The notes beneath the pieces are model-generated. The model searched no databases, was not told the origin of the DNA, and saw nothing but the letters and a program-made list of their open reading frames with translations. Shown here one piece after another: positions 1 to 8,485 of a stretch of 51,571 nucleotides of DNA; the stretch's first letter is position 1, and each line of letters starts with the position of its first letter. A program made the translations under genes and the position numbers. The DNA is taken from NCBI GenBank assembly GCA_023248395.1, contig JAHFEQ010000003.1:1-51571 (forward strand), read 5' to 3'. Source of the stretch: Nitrospirota bacterium. Lineage in GTDB: Bacteria; Nitrospirota; 9FT-COMBO-42-15; HDB-SIOI813.

Positions 1-120
1 TCCTTTGATTCCAATGGAAAGGAGAAGATAAATCCTGAGCATAAAGCTGCTTAATACTTAACTGCTATAACCGGACAGTTTATTTGCTACAAAACCGGAC
101 AATTCTATTTGTTGACAACA
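1..120 (+). mobile_element. Right end of an insertion sequence, IS1202/ISNCY-like (transposase C-terminus plus terminal inverted repeat)
   Basis: Frame 1 reads ...SFDSNGKEKINPEHKAA* (stop at 52-54). It is followed by two AACCGGACA boxes (69-77, 93-101) and ends in ...GTTGACAACA (5'-TGT on the other strand), the layout I recall for IS1202-group ends. Rest of the element lies outside the window. Confidence 0.65.
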
Positions 121-154
121 GGGAAAAATATGACAGGGAAAAACATGAGGGAAA

Positions 155-1570
155 TTAGAGGAAATATTTGCTTATATCAATCCCATATTTCCTGTGGTCG
201 AGGGATTGGATAATAGATTTATAATGATTTTCAGAAAGGTCTATAACCTCCCCGTCTATCTCGTTACCCTGTGAGTCTGTAATAAGTTTTATACGTGGTC
301 GGTGGATATTGACAGGAATTTGATTTGCCTTTGTTACCACGCCAAGTTCGCGCGTGTTTAACAGGAGCAGGGTTCCTACAGGATATATCCCAACGACGTT
401 GATAAAGATCTTCAGCAAGATTGGATCAAAGGCTGTATTGCTCTTCTTCATCATAAAGGAGAGGGCCTTATCTGGAATAAAGGGGGTACGGTTATAGATT
501 CTTGCAGAGGTAAGGGCGTCATAACAGTCTGCAATCGTTGTAATTCTTCCAAAAAGACTGATCCTCCTCGGAGTCGCAAGTTTAGGATAGCCCGAGAGGT
601 CGTAGGTTAGATGATGCTCAAAGCTTGCCATTATCATGCGTATCGCTTGCTCCTGAAGTCCTTTCAATCTAAGAAGGGTTTTTACACCATTAATAGGATG
701 CGTTCGCATGACCTGCCACTCCTCCGGTGTAAATTCTGATGGTTTGTTCAAAAGTTCCAAAGGGAGGTCGATCTTGCCGATGTCATGAAAGAGTGTCGCC
801 ATACCAAGTTCTCCCAACTCCCTTCTGTGATAACCAAGACGTTGTCCCATTGCTATAGAAAGGATTGAGACATTTACCGAATGATTATACGTGTACTCAT
901 CGTAGGCCTTCAGAGTAGTAAGACCTAATAGGGTAGATTCCTCGTGGAGCATCAAGTCTACCATGGATTGCACAAGCCTTTTCGCCTTCTTTATACTGGC
1001 AGTGTTTTTTAGTTTTGCGCTTTCCATTATCTCAGAGGCGGCTGAGAGTGTTTTGAAATATATACGTTTTGCCATCTCCCGTGAATCTTCGAGCACATGG
1101 TCAAAATGTTCCGCATCTTCTTTAATTCTATCTATCGTGATGCGTGTGATAGCCAGTGATTCGAGCTTATTAATGAGTTCATCGAATGGTCCAGAAGATT
1201 TTAGATTCGTGTTAATAAAGGCGTATATGAATCGCTTTAATTCATCAGGAGATAAATGGGTAGAGAAAGTAATTGAGCCTATTCCCCTTTTTTTCATCTC
1301 CTCTATTAAGAACATAGAGGCCAGGAAATTTTCTATACTTACCTTTATCTTTACGTCATCAATAAACAGATGTTCCTGAATCATTTTAACAGAGAAGGAA
1401 TCTTCACTATTCAGTAATAAACTTATAAACTCTATAGCCTTATCTACTGTGCTATTGAGTGCAACATTTTTCAGATCATGTATCGTTGCCGTCTTAAATA
1501 GGATATGAAGATTATTTATAAAATCTTTTCCCAGAGAGCCTCTCTTTTCGTCAAATAGCCGGTCTTTCAT
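155..1570 (-). CDS. HD-GYP domain protein (putative cyclic dinucleotide phosphodiesterase) with uncharacterised N-terminal domain
   Basis: YTYNHSVNV, FHDIGK, EHHLTYDLSGYP and IADCYDALTS motifs. Confidence 0.9.
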   Translation of the reverse strand: MKDRLFDEKRGSLGKDFINNLHILFKTATIHDLKNVALNSTVDKAIEFISLLLNSEDSFSVKMIQEHLFIDDVKIKVSIENFLASMFLIEEMKKRGIGSITFSTHLSPDELKRFIYAFINTNLKSSGPFDELINKLESLAITRITIDRIKEDAEHFDHVLEDSREMAKRIYFKTLSAASEIMESAKLKNTASIKKAKRLVQSMVDLMLHEESTLLGLTTLKAYDEYTYNHSVNVSILSIAMGQRLGYHRRELGELGMATLFHDIGKIDLPLELLNKPSEFTPEEWQVMRTHPINGVKTLLRLKGLQEQAIRMIMASFEHHLTYDLSGYPKLATPRRISLFGRITTIADCYDALTSARIYNRTPFIPDKALSFMMKKSNTAFDPILLKIFINVVGIYPVGTLLLLNTRELGVVTKANQIPVNIHRPRIKLITDSQGNEIDGEVIDLSENHYKSIIQSLDHRKYGIDISKYFL

Positions 1571-3318
1571 TTCTTCTCCTTCTCTATCTCAAGTAATGTA
1601 TCCTCGCATATTTTTCGTATGCCTTTATCTGAAGACAAACGGCCCTCCTTCAGGATATTGATGGCCGCTGGTGTAGACATCCTTTTGAGTGCGAGGGCTG
1701 CATATACCCTGTGTTCCTCAGCCTTTGACTTCCCAAAAAGCCAGGAGCGTTTCATCAATATCTCTTTTAGGGATGGTAATATCTCGTTAGACCCCAGTAT
1801 CCCCAGGCCTTCAAAGAACTCCTTTTTTTCTATGACCTCTTTGGTGTCAAAGCTGTCACTTGAGATAACACTCAATAGATGTGATAGAGCCTTTTTATAC
1901 CCGAGGGTACATAGACTTTTTAAGGCCATAATACGCACTGAGCTGTTACTGTCCTTGAGGAAGGAGATGAGCAGCTCCTTTGCCTCGTTACTCTTAATCT
2001 CTGAAAGGGTATGAACTATTTCTTTCCTTATCCGGGGTTCTTCATGCTCTTTTATCTTTTTAAGATAAGGTATGGCCTTTGTATTCGCAATCTTACCGAG
2101 TATATATACTGTGTTTCTTACTATAAACCAGTTATTATCCTCTAATTTTTTCAGGAGCGGTTCAATATTATCCTTGGCAAGTAAGGCAAGGACATCACAA
2201 AACAGGCGGCGGGTCTTCATTTGATCAAGCATTCCCACCATGGTAGCAAGGGGGGCAACGGCATTTTGGTTAAGCATGGTAAGAAATGAAAAGAGTGAAT
2301 CTACGTCTTCGGTCTTACTTACATTGATAGAGAGCGTAAATTGCTGCAGGAATTCTTCCTCTCCTAAGGCATCAATGGTCTTTTGTATCTCCTTTGCATG
2401 TGCTGGGCTAAAATTATTTTCATCTTTAGAGAGGGTTTTGAGAGTGGTCAATATTGGAATGACACGCCTGTAATCTCCGGATAGGACAAGAGACTTGATC
2501 GCCTTTTCTATATTTCTCATAATCTCAGAATAGCTATCAATCTCTTTTTCTATCTGGAGGATATGAAAGAGGATATCTAACAGTTCTGATATAAGGTCCA
2601 TCCCCTCTTCCATCTCCATTTCCCGTTGGACCTTCTCTATCTCTTCAGGTGTTAGGGTGAATATCTCGGAGAGAGGTTTTCCATAGATATGTTCTATCTC
2701 GAGCTCAACATTGGCAGGTTCAAGCACCGCCTTTCCCTCTGATTCAGTACCTGTCTCAGATTGATACGCCCTGAGAAGGGACTCTTTACTTTTCTCTCTG
2801 GTCGGTGGCTTTTCAGTTATTACGGGTGGCTTTCCACCCTCCTCTCCCTCTTCTGCCACGAGGTAGTGTATATTTTTAAACTCCTTTTCCCAGAGTTGCG
2901 TGACAGTATCATCGTCTCCCCCAGCTCCTGCATAATCTCCTCTAATAACATTGATAAACTCGAGTATCTCCTTTTCCTCTAAACCCTCAGTAAATTCAAT
3001 CTCTCTTATTCCATCTCCAAAGAATTTGAATGCAATGCTCTCTTCTTTAGATGGGTGCGAATAAACGACCTCTCCCTGATACAGTAGTTCTGTCTGTTTT
3101 ATCTTTAAGGCCAGATCGCCATATTCGTCTAAGAATTTGGTGAATTTATCAGTCAACTCGGTTACAAATCTCTGTCTCAGGGGGCTTGTTTCAGGGTAGA
3201 TCTTTAATGTCTTGATAGCCTTTGACAGGGTTTGAAGTACCTCGGTCGCCAGCTTTACGCCTGCCTTGGCATCTATTTCATCCTGGTCTTTTGGTTCCTC
3301 TAATTTAATGCTGTTCAT
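1567..3318 (-). CDS. HEAT-repeat protein
   Basis: C-terminal HEAT/PBS-lyase-like repeats (WFIVRNTVYILGKI, PRIRKEIVHTLSEI, SSVRIMALKSL); 4-nt overlap with the HD-GYP gene. Confidence 0.85.
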   Translation of the reverse strand: MNSIKLEEPKDQDEIDAKAGVKLATEVLQTLSKAIKTLKIYPETSPLRQRFVTELTDKFTKFLDEYGDLALKIKQTELLYQGEVVYSHPSKEESIAFKFFGDGIREIEFTEGLEEKEILEFINVIRGDYAGAGGDDDTVTQLWEKEFKNIHYLVAEEGEEGGKPPVITEKPPTREKSKESLLRAYQSETGTESEGKAVLEPANVELEIEHIYGKPLSEIFTLTPEEIEKVQREMEMEEGMDLISELLDILFHILQIEKEIDSYSEIMRNIEKAIKSLVLSGDYRRVIPILTTLKTLSKDENNFSPAHAKEIQKTIDALGEEEFLQQFTLSINVSKTEDVDSLFSFLTMLNQNAVAPLATMVGMLDQMKTRRLFCDVLALLAKDNIEPLLKKLEDNNWFIVRNTVYILGKIANTKAIPYLKKIKEHEEPRIRKEIVHTLSEIKSNEAKELLISFLKDSNSSVRIMALKSLCTLGYKKALSHLLSVISSDSFDTKEVIEKKEFFEGLGILGSNEILPSLKEILMKRSWLFGKSKAEEHRVYAALALKRMSTPAAINILKEGRLSSDKGIRKICEDTLLEIEKEKK

Positions 3319-3337
3319 ATATAGCCCTTCTATTTTC

Positions 3338-3378
3338 TGTCATGCTGAAATAAATTCAACATAGGGTTCGGAATGACA
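3338..3378. repeat. Short imperfect palindromic repeat TGTCATGCTGAA...TTCGGAATGACA
   Basis: Outer arms match 10/12; inner ATGCTGAA/TTCAACAT hairpin; lies in a divergent intergenic region. Confidence 0.5.
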
Positions 3379-3387
3379 TACAGAATC

Positions 3388-3396
3388 TGATATAAT
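3388..3396 (+). promoter_or_regulatory. Extended -10 element (TGATATAAT) just upstream of the pabB/trpE-like ATG
   Basis: Perfect TGnTATAAT ending 8 nt before ATG 3405; no Shine-Dalgarno visible. Confidence 0.45.
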
Positions 3397-3404
3397 TGAT
3401 CCCA

Positions 3405-4793
3405 ATGAAAATCCTATATAAGGAAATTCCATGGATAGATCCTTTTGATGCCTTTGTCCTTTTAAAAAGGGATGAACCATCTTTTCTCTTAGAAAGTCTT
3501 GGGGGTGATACAAATACATCTCGATATTCTTTTATCGGTACGAGTCCAAAAATCATTATTAAAAACAAGGGGAACAAAACAGAAATTGTGTATACGAATT
3601 CCGCGGAAGCTATTGATGTAGATCCGTTAAGAACGATAAGAGAAATCTTAAAGAGGAAAGAGGTTATAAGCCCCAAAAATCTTCCCCCCTTTGCAGGGGG
3701 GGCAGTTGGATACTTCGGATATGATATGGTACACCTTTTTGAGAAATTGCCACGTCAAACGCAAGATGATCTGCAGCTTCCGGATATGGTCTTGATGATC
3801 GTGGATATAATCGTTGCCTTCGACCATCTGGAAAAACGGGGGTGGATAATAGTTGTTTCAGACGGAGATGCTGAAATAGATGATGGGTATAGGGAATGGA
3901 TAGAAGAAATAGAGCGCAGGATCAGAAAAGGGTTAGTCTTCCAATATCCAGGAAGATCTGGTTTAAAGATAAAAATTGTCCCCAACCTCACCAGGAAGGA
4001 ATATAAAGACATGGTAAGGCGATGCAAGGAGTATATCTCTTCTGGCGATATATTCCAGGCAAATCTATCCCAGAGGCTATCAGCCCGGATAAAAGGTGTA
4101 GACCCTTTGAGCCTATACCGGGTCTTGAGGGGGGTTAACCCTTCACCCTTCTCTGCCTTTATAGATACCGGAGATATGCAGCTTGTGAGTTCATCTCCTG
4201 AGAGGCTTGTAAGATTGTATCAGGGTCTGATAGAGACGAGGCCGATAGCGGGGACAAGGCCACGAGGAAAGGACCAGGCTGAGAATGAGCTACTTCAAAA
4301 GGAGCTTCTGGCCAGTGAGAAAGAGCGTGCAGAGCATATCATGCTGGTAGATCTTGAAAGAAACGATATAGGACGTGTATGTCGATATGGGAGCATCAAG
4401 GTGGATGAGTTTATGACACTAGAGTCCTATTCGCATGTAACACATATTGTTTCAAACGTGATAGGGAATATAGAGCCCAATCAGGATGCCTTTGATCTTA
4501 TAAAGGCAGTGTTTCCGGGTGGTACAATAACAGGGGTGCCTAAGATACGGTGTATGGAGATAATAGACGAGTTAGAACCTACTACCCGCGGGCCTTATAC
4601 AGGCTCTATAGGATACCTCAGTTATACGGGCGATATGGACCTGAATATCATCATCAGGACCTTTATAATAAAGGATGGATGGGCCCATATGCAGGTTGGA
4701 GCGGGTATTGTTGCAGACTCTGACCCTGAAAGGGAGTATTATGAAACCCTTTATAAGGCAGAGGCTCTTCTGAAGACGTTGGAGCTTGTTTAG
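3405..4793 (+). CDS. Anthranilate synthase / aminodeoxychorismate synthase component I family protein
   Basis: LLESL, GDIFQANLSQR, SSSPERL, TRPIAGTRPRG, EHIMLVDLERND, FPGGTITGVPK and GAGIVADS motifs; PabB versus TrpE not resolvable by eye. Confidence 0.9.
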   Translation: MKILYKEIPWIDPFDAFVLLKRDEPSFLLESLGGDTNTSRYSFIGTSPKIIIKNKGNKTEIVYTNSAEAIDVDPLRTIREILKRKEVISPKNLPPFAGGAVGYFGYDMVHLFEKLPRQTQDDLQLPDMVLMIVDIIVAFDHLEKRGWIIVVSDGDAEIDDGYREWIEEIERRIRKGLVFQYPGRSGLKIKIVPNLTRKEYKDMVRRCKEYISSGDIFQANLSQRLSARIKGVDPLSLYRVLRGVNPSPFSAFIDTGDMQLVSSSPERLVRLYQGLIETRPIAGTRPRGKDQAENELLQKELLASEKERAEHIMLVDLERNDIGRVCRYGSIKVDEFMTLESYSHVTHIVSNVIGNIEPNQDAFDLIKAVFPGGTITGVPKIRCMEIIDELEPTTRGPYTGSIGYLSYTGDMDLNIIIRTFIIKDGWAHMQVGAGIVADSDPEREYYETLYKAEALLKTLELV

Positions 4794-5803
4794 AGAACCT
4801 TTGTTATCTCATCTCTCTCAAAAAGAGGGAGTTTTTTTATCTCACCCCTCTCTCTAATTCTCAGACCTTCTCTTTGCAGGGTAACCTTTCCTATCACACT
4901 TGCCTTGATCCCCTGCTTACCAAGTTCCTCTATGACCTTCTTTGTATGTCTTGGATGGAGGGTGATCAGGAGGGCCCCTGAGGCAATGGCCCCAAGCGGG
5001 TTTATCCCAAAGTAGTCACATAATTGTTCACACTCTGGCAGGATGGGGATGGCATCCCGGTCTACCAAAACTCCGACCTTTGAGGCAATCGCAAGCTCAT
5101 GCAGCCCTGTTGATAGCCCCCCTTCTGTCGGATCGTGCATTGCGTGGACCTTTCCAAATCTTATGGCACACTGTGCGTCCTTAAGGACACTCAGCCCTGG
5201 CATTTTTATGGTATCTTTACAACTCGTTATAAATCTTTGAGAGAATCGTTTTCGCAGGTCCTTTTCTTTCTCCCTTCCGATGATCGATGTCGCCTCAATG
5301 GCGATCCCTTTAGTGATTATTATATCGTCTCCAACCTTTGCCCCTGCGGCTGTTACAAGGGTTCCCTTTTTTACATCTCCGAGCATCTGCCCTATGATAA
5401 TCGGTCTGTCAATCCCAAAGGTCACTTCAGTATGGCCTCCGCAGAGTGAGATATCCAGGTCCTTACACGCCTTTGAGAGTTGAGAGAATATCTTTTTTAC
5501 CATCTGGGGTGTAGTCTTTTTCTCAGGGAGGAGTATGTTTGCGAGGAACCACCTGGGCCGCCCACCCATGACAGCGATATCATTGGCATTGATGTTTATT
5601 GCATAAAGGCCTATATCCCCGGCCACGAATGTTATAGGGTCTGTTTTTGCAATCAGATAATTACCAGAAAAGTTTATCACCGTTGCATCGATCCCAATGG
5701 ATGGACCTATCACAACATCAGCCCCCTTGGAGGTATATTGCTTCAAAAGTCGTTCAAGCAGCCTGACTGGAAGTTTGCCGGGGAGGAGTCTTACCTTTTT
5801 CAT
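4790..5803 (-). CDS. AIR synthase (PurM/HypE-like) family protein
   Basis: KTDPIT, NANDIAVMGG, GGHTEVT and MHDPTEGG motifs. Confidence 0.85.
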   Translation of the reverse strand: MKKVRLLPGKLPVRLLERLLKQYTSKGADVVIGPSIGIDATVINFSGNYLIAKTDPITFVAGDIGLYAININANDIAVMGGRPRWFLANILLPEKKTTPQMVKKIFSQLSKACKDLDISLCGGHTEVTFGIDRPIIIGQMLGDVKKGTLVTAAGAKVGDDIIITKGIAIEATSIIGREKEKDLRKRFSQRFITSCKDTIKMPGLSVLKDAQCAIRFGKVHAMHDPTEGGLSTGLHELAIASKVGVLVDRDAIPILPECEQLCDYFGINPLGAIASGALLITLHPRHTKKVIEELGKQGIKASVIGKVTLQREGLRIRERGEIKKLPLFERDEITKVL

Positions 5804-5910
5804 CTGTCTCGTTCAGAAGGGTTTAAGTGTTTTTAGACATAGTAGCAAAAAAGGGGAAATTGGTCTATAATAACCGCAACTATTTTAAAAGACTTGGAAA
5901 GGAGTAAAGG

Positions 5911-6573
5911 ATGCCAGAAGGACAGAGTAACTGGGGTCAGGATTTCTATGACAAGGTTGAAACGGTAAAACTGAAAGATCCCCTGGCGTATTTCTTAGGC
6001 GCCATGGAGGAAGGGGAGCTATTTGTATTTACATATGCTGATGCAATAAAACTTGCAGGTCATTCCTGTCCTGCCATATCCGGGGCTTATAAGATCACAA
6101 CAAAGGCGCTATTGGCGCTGTATGGAGATGAGATACCTGTGAGGGGTGAGATCAGGGTTGCTATCTTAGGGAAACCTACGGACATGGCCTATGGACCTAT
6201 GTCACAGGTCATCTCTTTGATTACCGGTGCAGCACCTGTAACAGGCTTTGGTGGTCTGGGACGGAGATTTAAGCGGAGGAATATGCTGATCTTCGATGAG
6301 GGGCACTTTCAATTTAATACCTTTATCTTCCAAAGGATGGACAATAAGAAGATGGTAAAGGTGACCTACCACTCTGATTTAGTTCCAGAGGACCCGAAAT
6401 TGGGGGAGCTTGCGCCACTGGTTCTAACAGGACAGGCGACCGTAGAGGAGAAAATGGCATTTAAGAGGGCATGGCAGGATAAGGTCAGGCGGGTCCTGTT
6501 AGAGGATGACATCATCCCAGGGCTCTTTGAGGTTAAGGAGATAACGGATTATAAGTTTCCTGATGTCTTGTGA
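5911..6573 (+). CDS. Conserved hypothetical protein, FmdE-like (H-x-C-P metal-binding motif)
   Basis: DPLAYFLGA and KLAGHSCPAISGAY motifs; GGAG RBS upstream. Confidence 0.65.
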   Translation: MPEGQSNWGQDFYDKVETVKLKDPLAYFLGAMEEGELFVFTYADAIKLAGHSCPAISGAYKITTKALLALYGDEIPVRGEIRVAILGKPTDMAYGPMSQVISLITGAAPVTGFGGLGRRFKRRNMLIFDEGHFQFNTFIFQRMDNKKMVKVTYHSDLVPEDPKLGELAPLVLTGQATVEEKMAFKRAWQDKVRRVLLEDDIIPGLFEVKEITDYKFPDVL

Positions 6574-6645
6574 CAGTTGCCAGTATCGATATCTCACCTG
6601 GATCCTTTAAGACCTTGGAAGAAAGATGCGATTCGGAGGAAATAA

Positions 6646-7202
6646 ATGAACCAGAAGAGTGAAGGTTTGATCCTTTTGGTTGATGATGACCCTTATGTAC
6701 GGGATTCTATTTCATCATTCCTCAGTGAATGTGGTTATTCTGTGATTGCCTGTGACAATGCAATAGATGCAATGGCCAAGTTAATAGTAAGCTTCTGCAG
6801 ATGGAGAAAGACTATAAACATAATCTTGAAGATACGATAAAGAAGAGGACACAGGCAAGCATTGGGCATAAGATATTTGCAGATTCAACCCAGCCGGCCA
6901 TACAAATGGTAGCGTCTATTGCCTTAAGTCATCATGAGAGGTGGGATGGCACAGGATATCCTCAGGGGCTAAAAGGGAAAGATATCCCTATAGAGGGGAG
7001 GATTGTCATGATCTGTGATCAATATGATGCCTTAAGAAGTGAGAGACCATATAAGCCATCTTTTGATCACCAAAAGGCCTTTAAGATAATCACAGAAGGG
7101 GATGGAAGGACTAAGCGTGAACATTTTGATCCTGATGTGCTTGAGGTATTTACTAAGGTTGCCCCTGTATTCGATAAGATATTCAGGACATATCAGGGTT
7201 AG
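6646..7202 (+). pseudogene. Degenerate REC + HD-GYP response regulator (RpfG-like), two internal deletions and a frameshift
   Basis: REC start (ILLVDDDPYVR) breaks off after ~46 aa. A second frame has the linker [24 protein letters not shown] fused directly to ASIG...[11 protein letters not shown]. The HD motif and most of REC are missing. Confidence 0.8.
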
Positions 7203-7218
7203 GATCAGGTTTTCCAAT

Positions 7219-8322
7219 ATGCCGACTTCCTGTATCACCATCGATGGCAGTCATGGCGAGGGTGGCGGGCAAATCCTGAGGAGCGCCCTTGCCCTTTCCA
7301 TCATCCTATCTAAACCTGTACAGATTATAAACATAAGAAAGGGGCGTCCCAAGGTTGGTCTGCAGCCCCAACACCTCATCTGCGTAAACGCTTGCAGGGA
7401 GATCAGTGATGCTGACGTCGAAGGTAATGAAATAGGTTCTACACACTTGCGTTTCCATCCTCGAGTGGTAAAGAGCGGGAGTTATGCCTTTGATGTGGCT
7501 GTAAAGAGAGGGAGCGCCGGCTCCACCTCCCTTATACTGCAAACCCTCCTTCCTCCTTTAATCTTTGGTCCGAGACCCATCAGGATGGAATTCCCTCTCC
7601 CCAAAGGGGAGAGGGATGGGGTAAGGGGAAATTTAGCAAGCCAGTTGATTATCATGGGTGGTACGCATGTCCCCTGGAGTCCGCCATTTCACTACTTGAG
7701 TGAGATATTTATTCCGGTCATTGAGAGGATGGGGGGCTCTATTGAACTTGATATCGATCAGTGGGGATGGTATCCGATAGGAGGGGGCGTTATTCACGCA
7801 GAGATAGGGAAGGCGGGATTAAAAGGGATGAGGATCGAAGAAAGGGGCAGACTTGCAAGAATACGTGGTATATCTGCAGTGTCTAATCTTCCATTATCCA
7901 TAGCAGAAAGACAGAGGAGAGAAGGGCTAAATAACTTAAAGGGCCTGTCTGTAGATATTGATATAGACGTAATATCAGCCCGATCGCCTGGAAGGGGCAC
8001 CTTCTTTTTTATAGTGGCAGAGTATGAGAATATAAAGGCCGGTTTTTCATCACTCGGGGCTATAAGAAAGAGTGCTGAAGAGGTAGCGAGAGAGGCCTGC
8101 AGGGATTTCCTTGAGTTTCATAAATCCCTTGGAGCTGTAGAACCCCACCTTGCTGATCAGCTTATACCCTATATCACCCTTGCAGAGGGGCCATGTTTTT
8201 TTACAACGACAAAAGTCACAAGACATCTTCTGACAAATGTCTGGACAGTACAGCAATTCATGGATGTAAATATAGAGGTCCATGGGGCAGAAGGGAAGGA
8301 GGGGAGAGTCATTAAAGTATAA
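7219..8322 (+). CDS. rtcA: RNA 3'-terminal phosphate cyclase
   Basis: IDGSHGEGGGQILR, GLQPQHL, GGTHVPWSP, HLADQL and HLLTN motifs; start placed at ATG 7219. Confidence 0.95.
   Translation: MPTSCITIDGSHGEGGGQILRSALALSIILSKPVQIINIRKGRPKVGLQPQHLICVNACREISDADVEGNEIGSTHLRFHPRVVKSGSYAFDVAVKRGSAGSTSLILQTLLPPLIFGPRPIRMEFPLPKGERDGVRGNLASQLIIMGGTHVPWSPPFHYLSEIFIPVIERMGGSIELDIDQWGWYPIGGGVIHAEIGKAGLKGMRIEERGRLARIRGISAVSNLPLSIAERQRREGLNNLKGLSVDIDIDVISARSPGRGTFFFIVAEYENIKAGFSSLGAIRKSAEEVAREACRDFLEFHKSLGAVEPHLADQLIPYITLAEGPCFFTTTKVTRHLLTNVWTVQQFMDVNIEVHGAEGKEGRVIKV
7570..7630 (+). repeat. In-frame composite repeat insertion in rtcA (boxC-like hairpin/G4 element plus CCGAGACCCATC motif)
   Basis: Perfect 11-bp stem TCCCTCTCCCC-AAA-GGGGAGAGGGA (7592-7616) then TGGGGTAAGGGG; encodes FPLPKGERDGVRG. 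Confidence 0.85.
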
Positions 8323-8325
8323 TCC

Positions 8326-8400
<75 letters not shown>

Positions 8401-8423
8401 GATCCATTCGTCTGACGTTGCTA

Positions 8424-8453
8424 AAAATAACACACTTAAAGATCCCCTGTCAA
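8424..8453 (-). promoter_or_regulatory. Putative sigma70 promoter for tRNA-Gly
   Basis: TTGACA-18 nt-TATTTT with TG extension on the minus strand. Confidence 0.5.
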
Positions 8454-8485
8454 TTATGAAATCTCTTTAGAAATCTCTTCAGCAT

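Noticed and set aside
7102..7218. Long N-terminal extension of RtcA in the ORF track
   Set aside because: Overlaps the HD-GYP remnant; RtcA homology starts just after ATG 7219.
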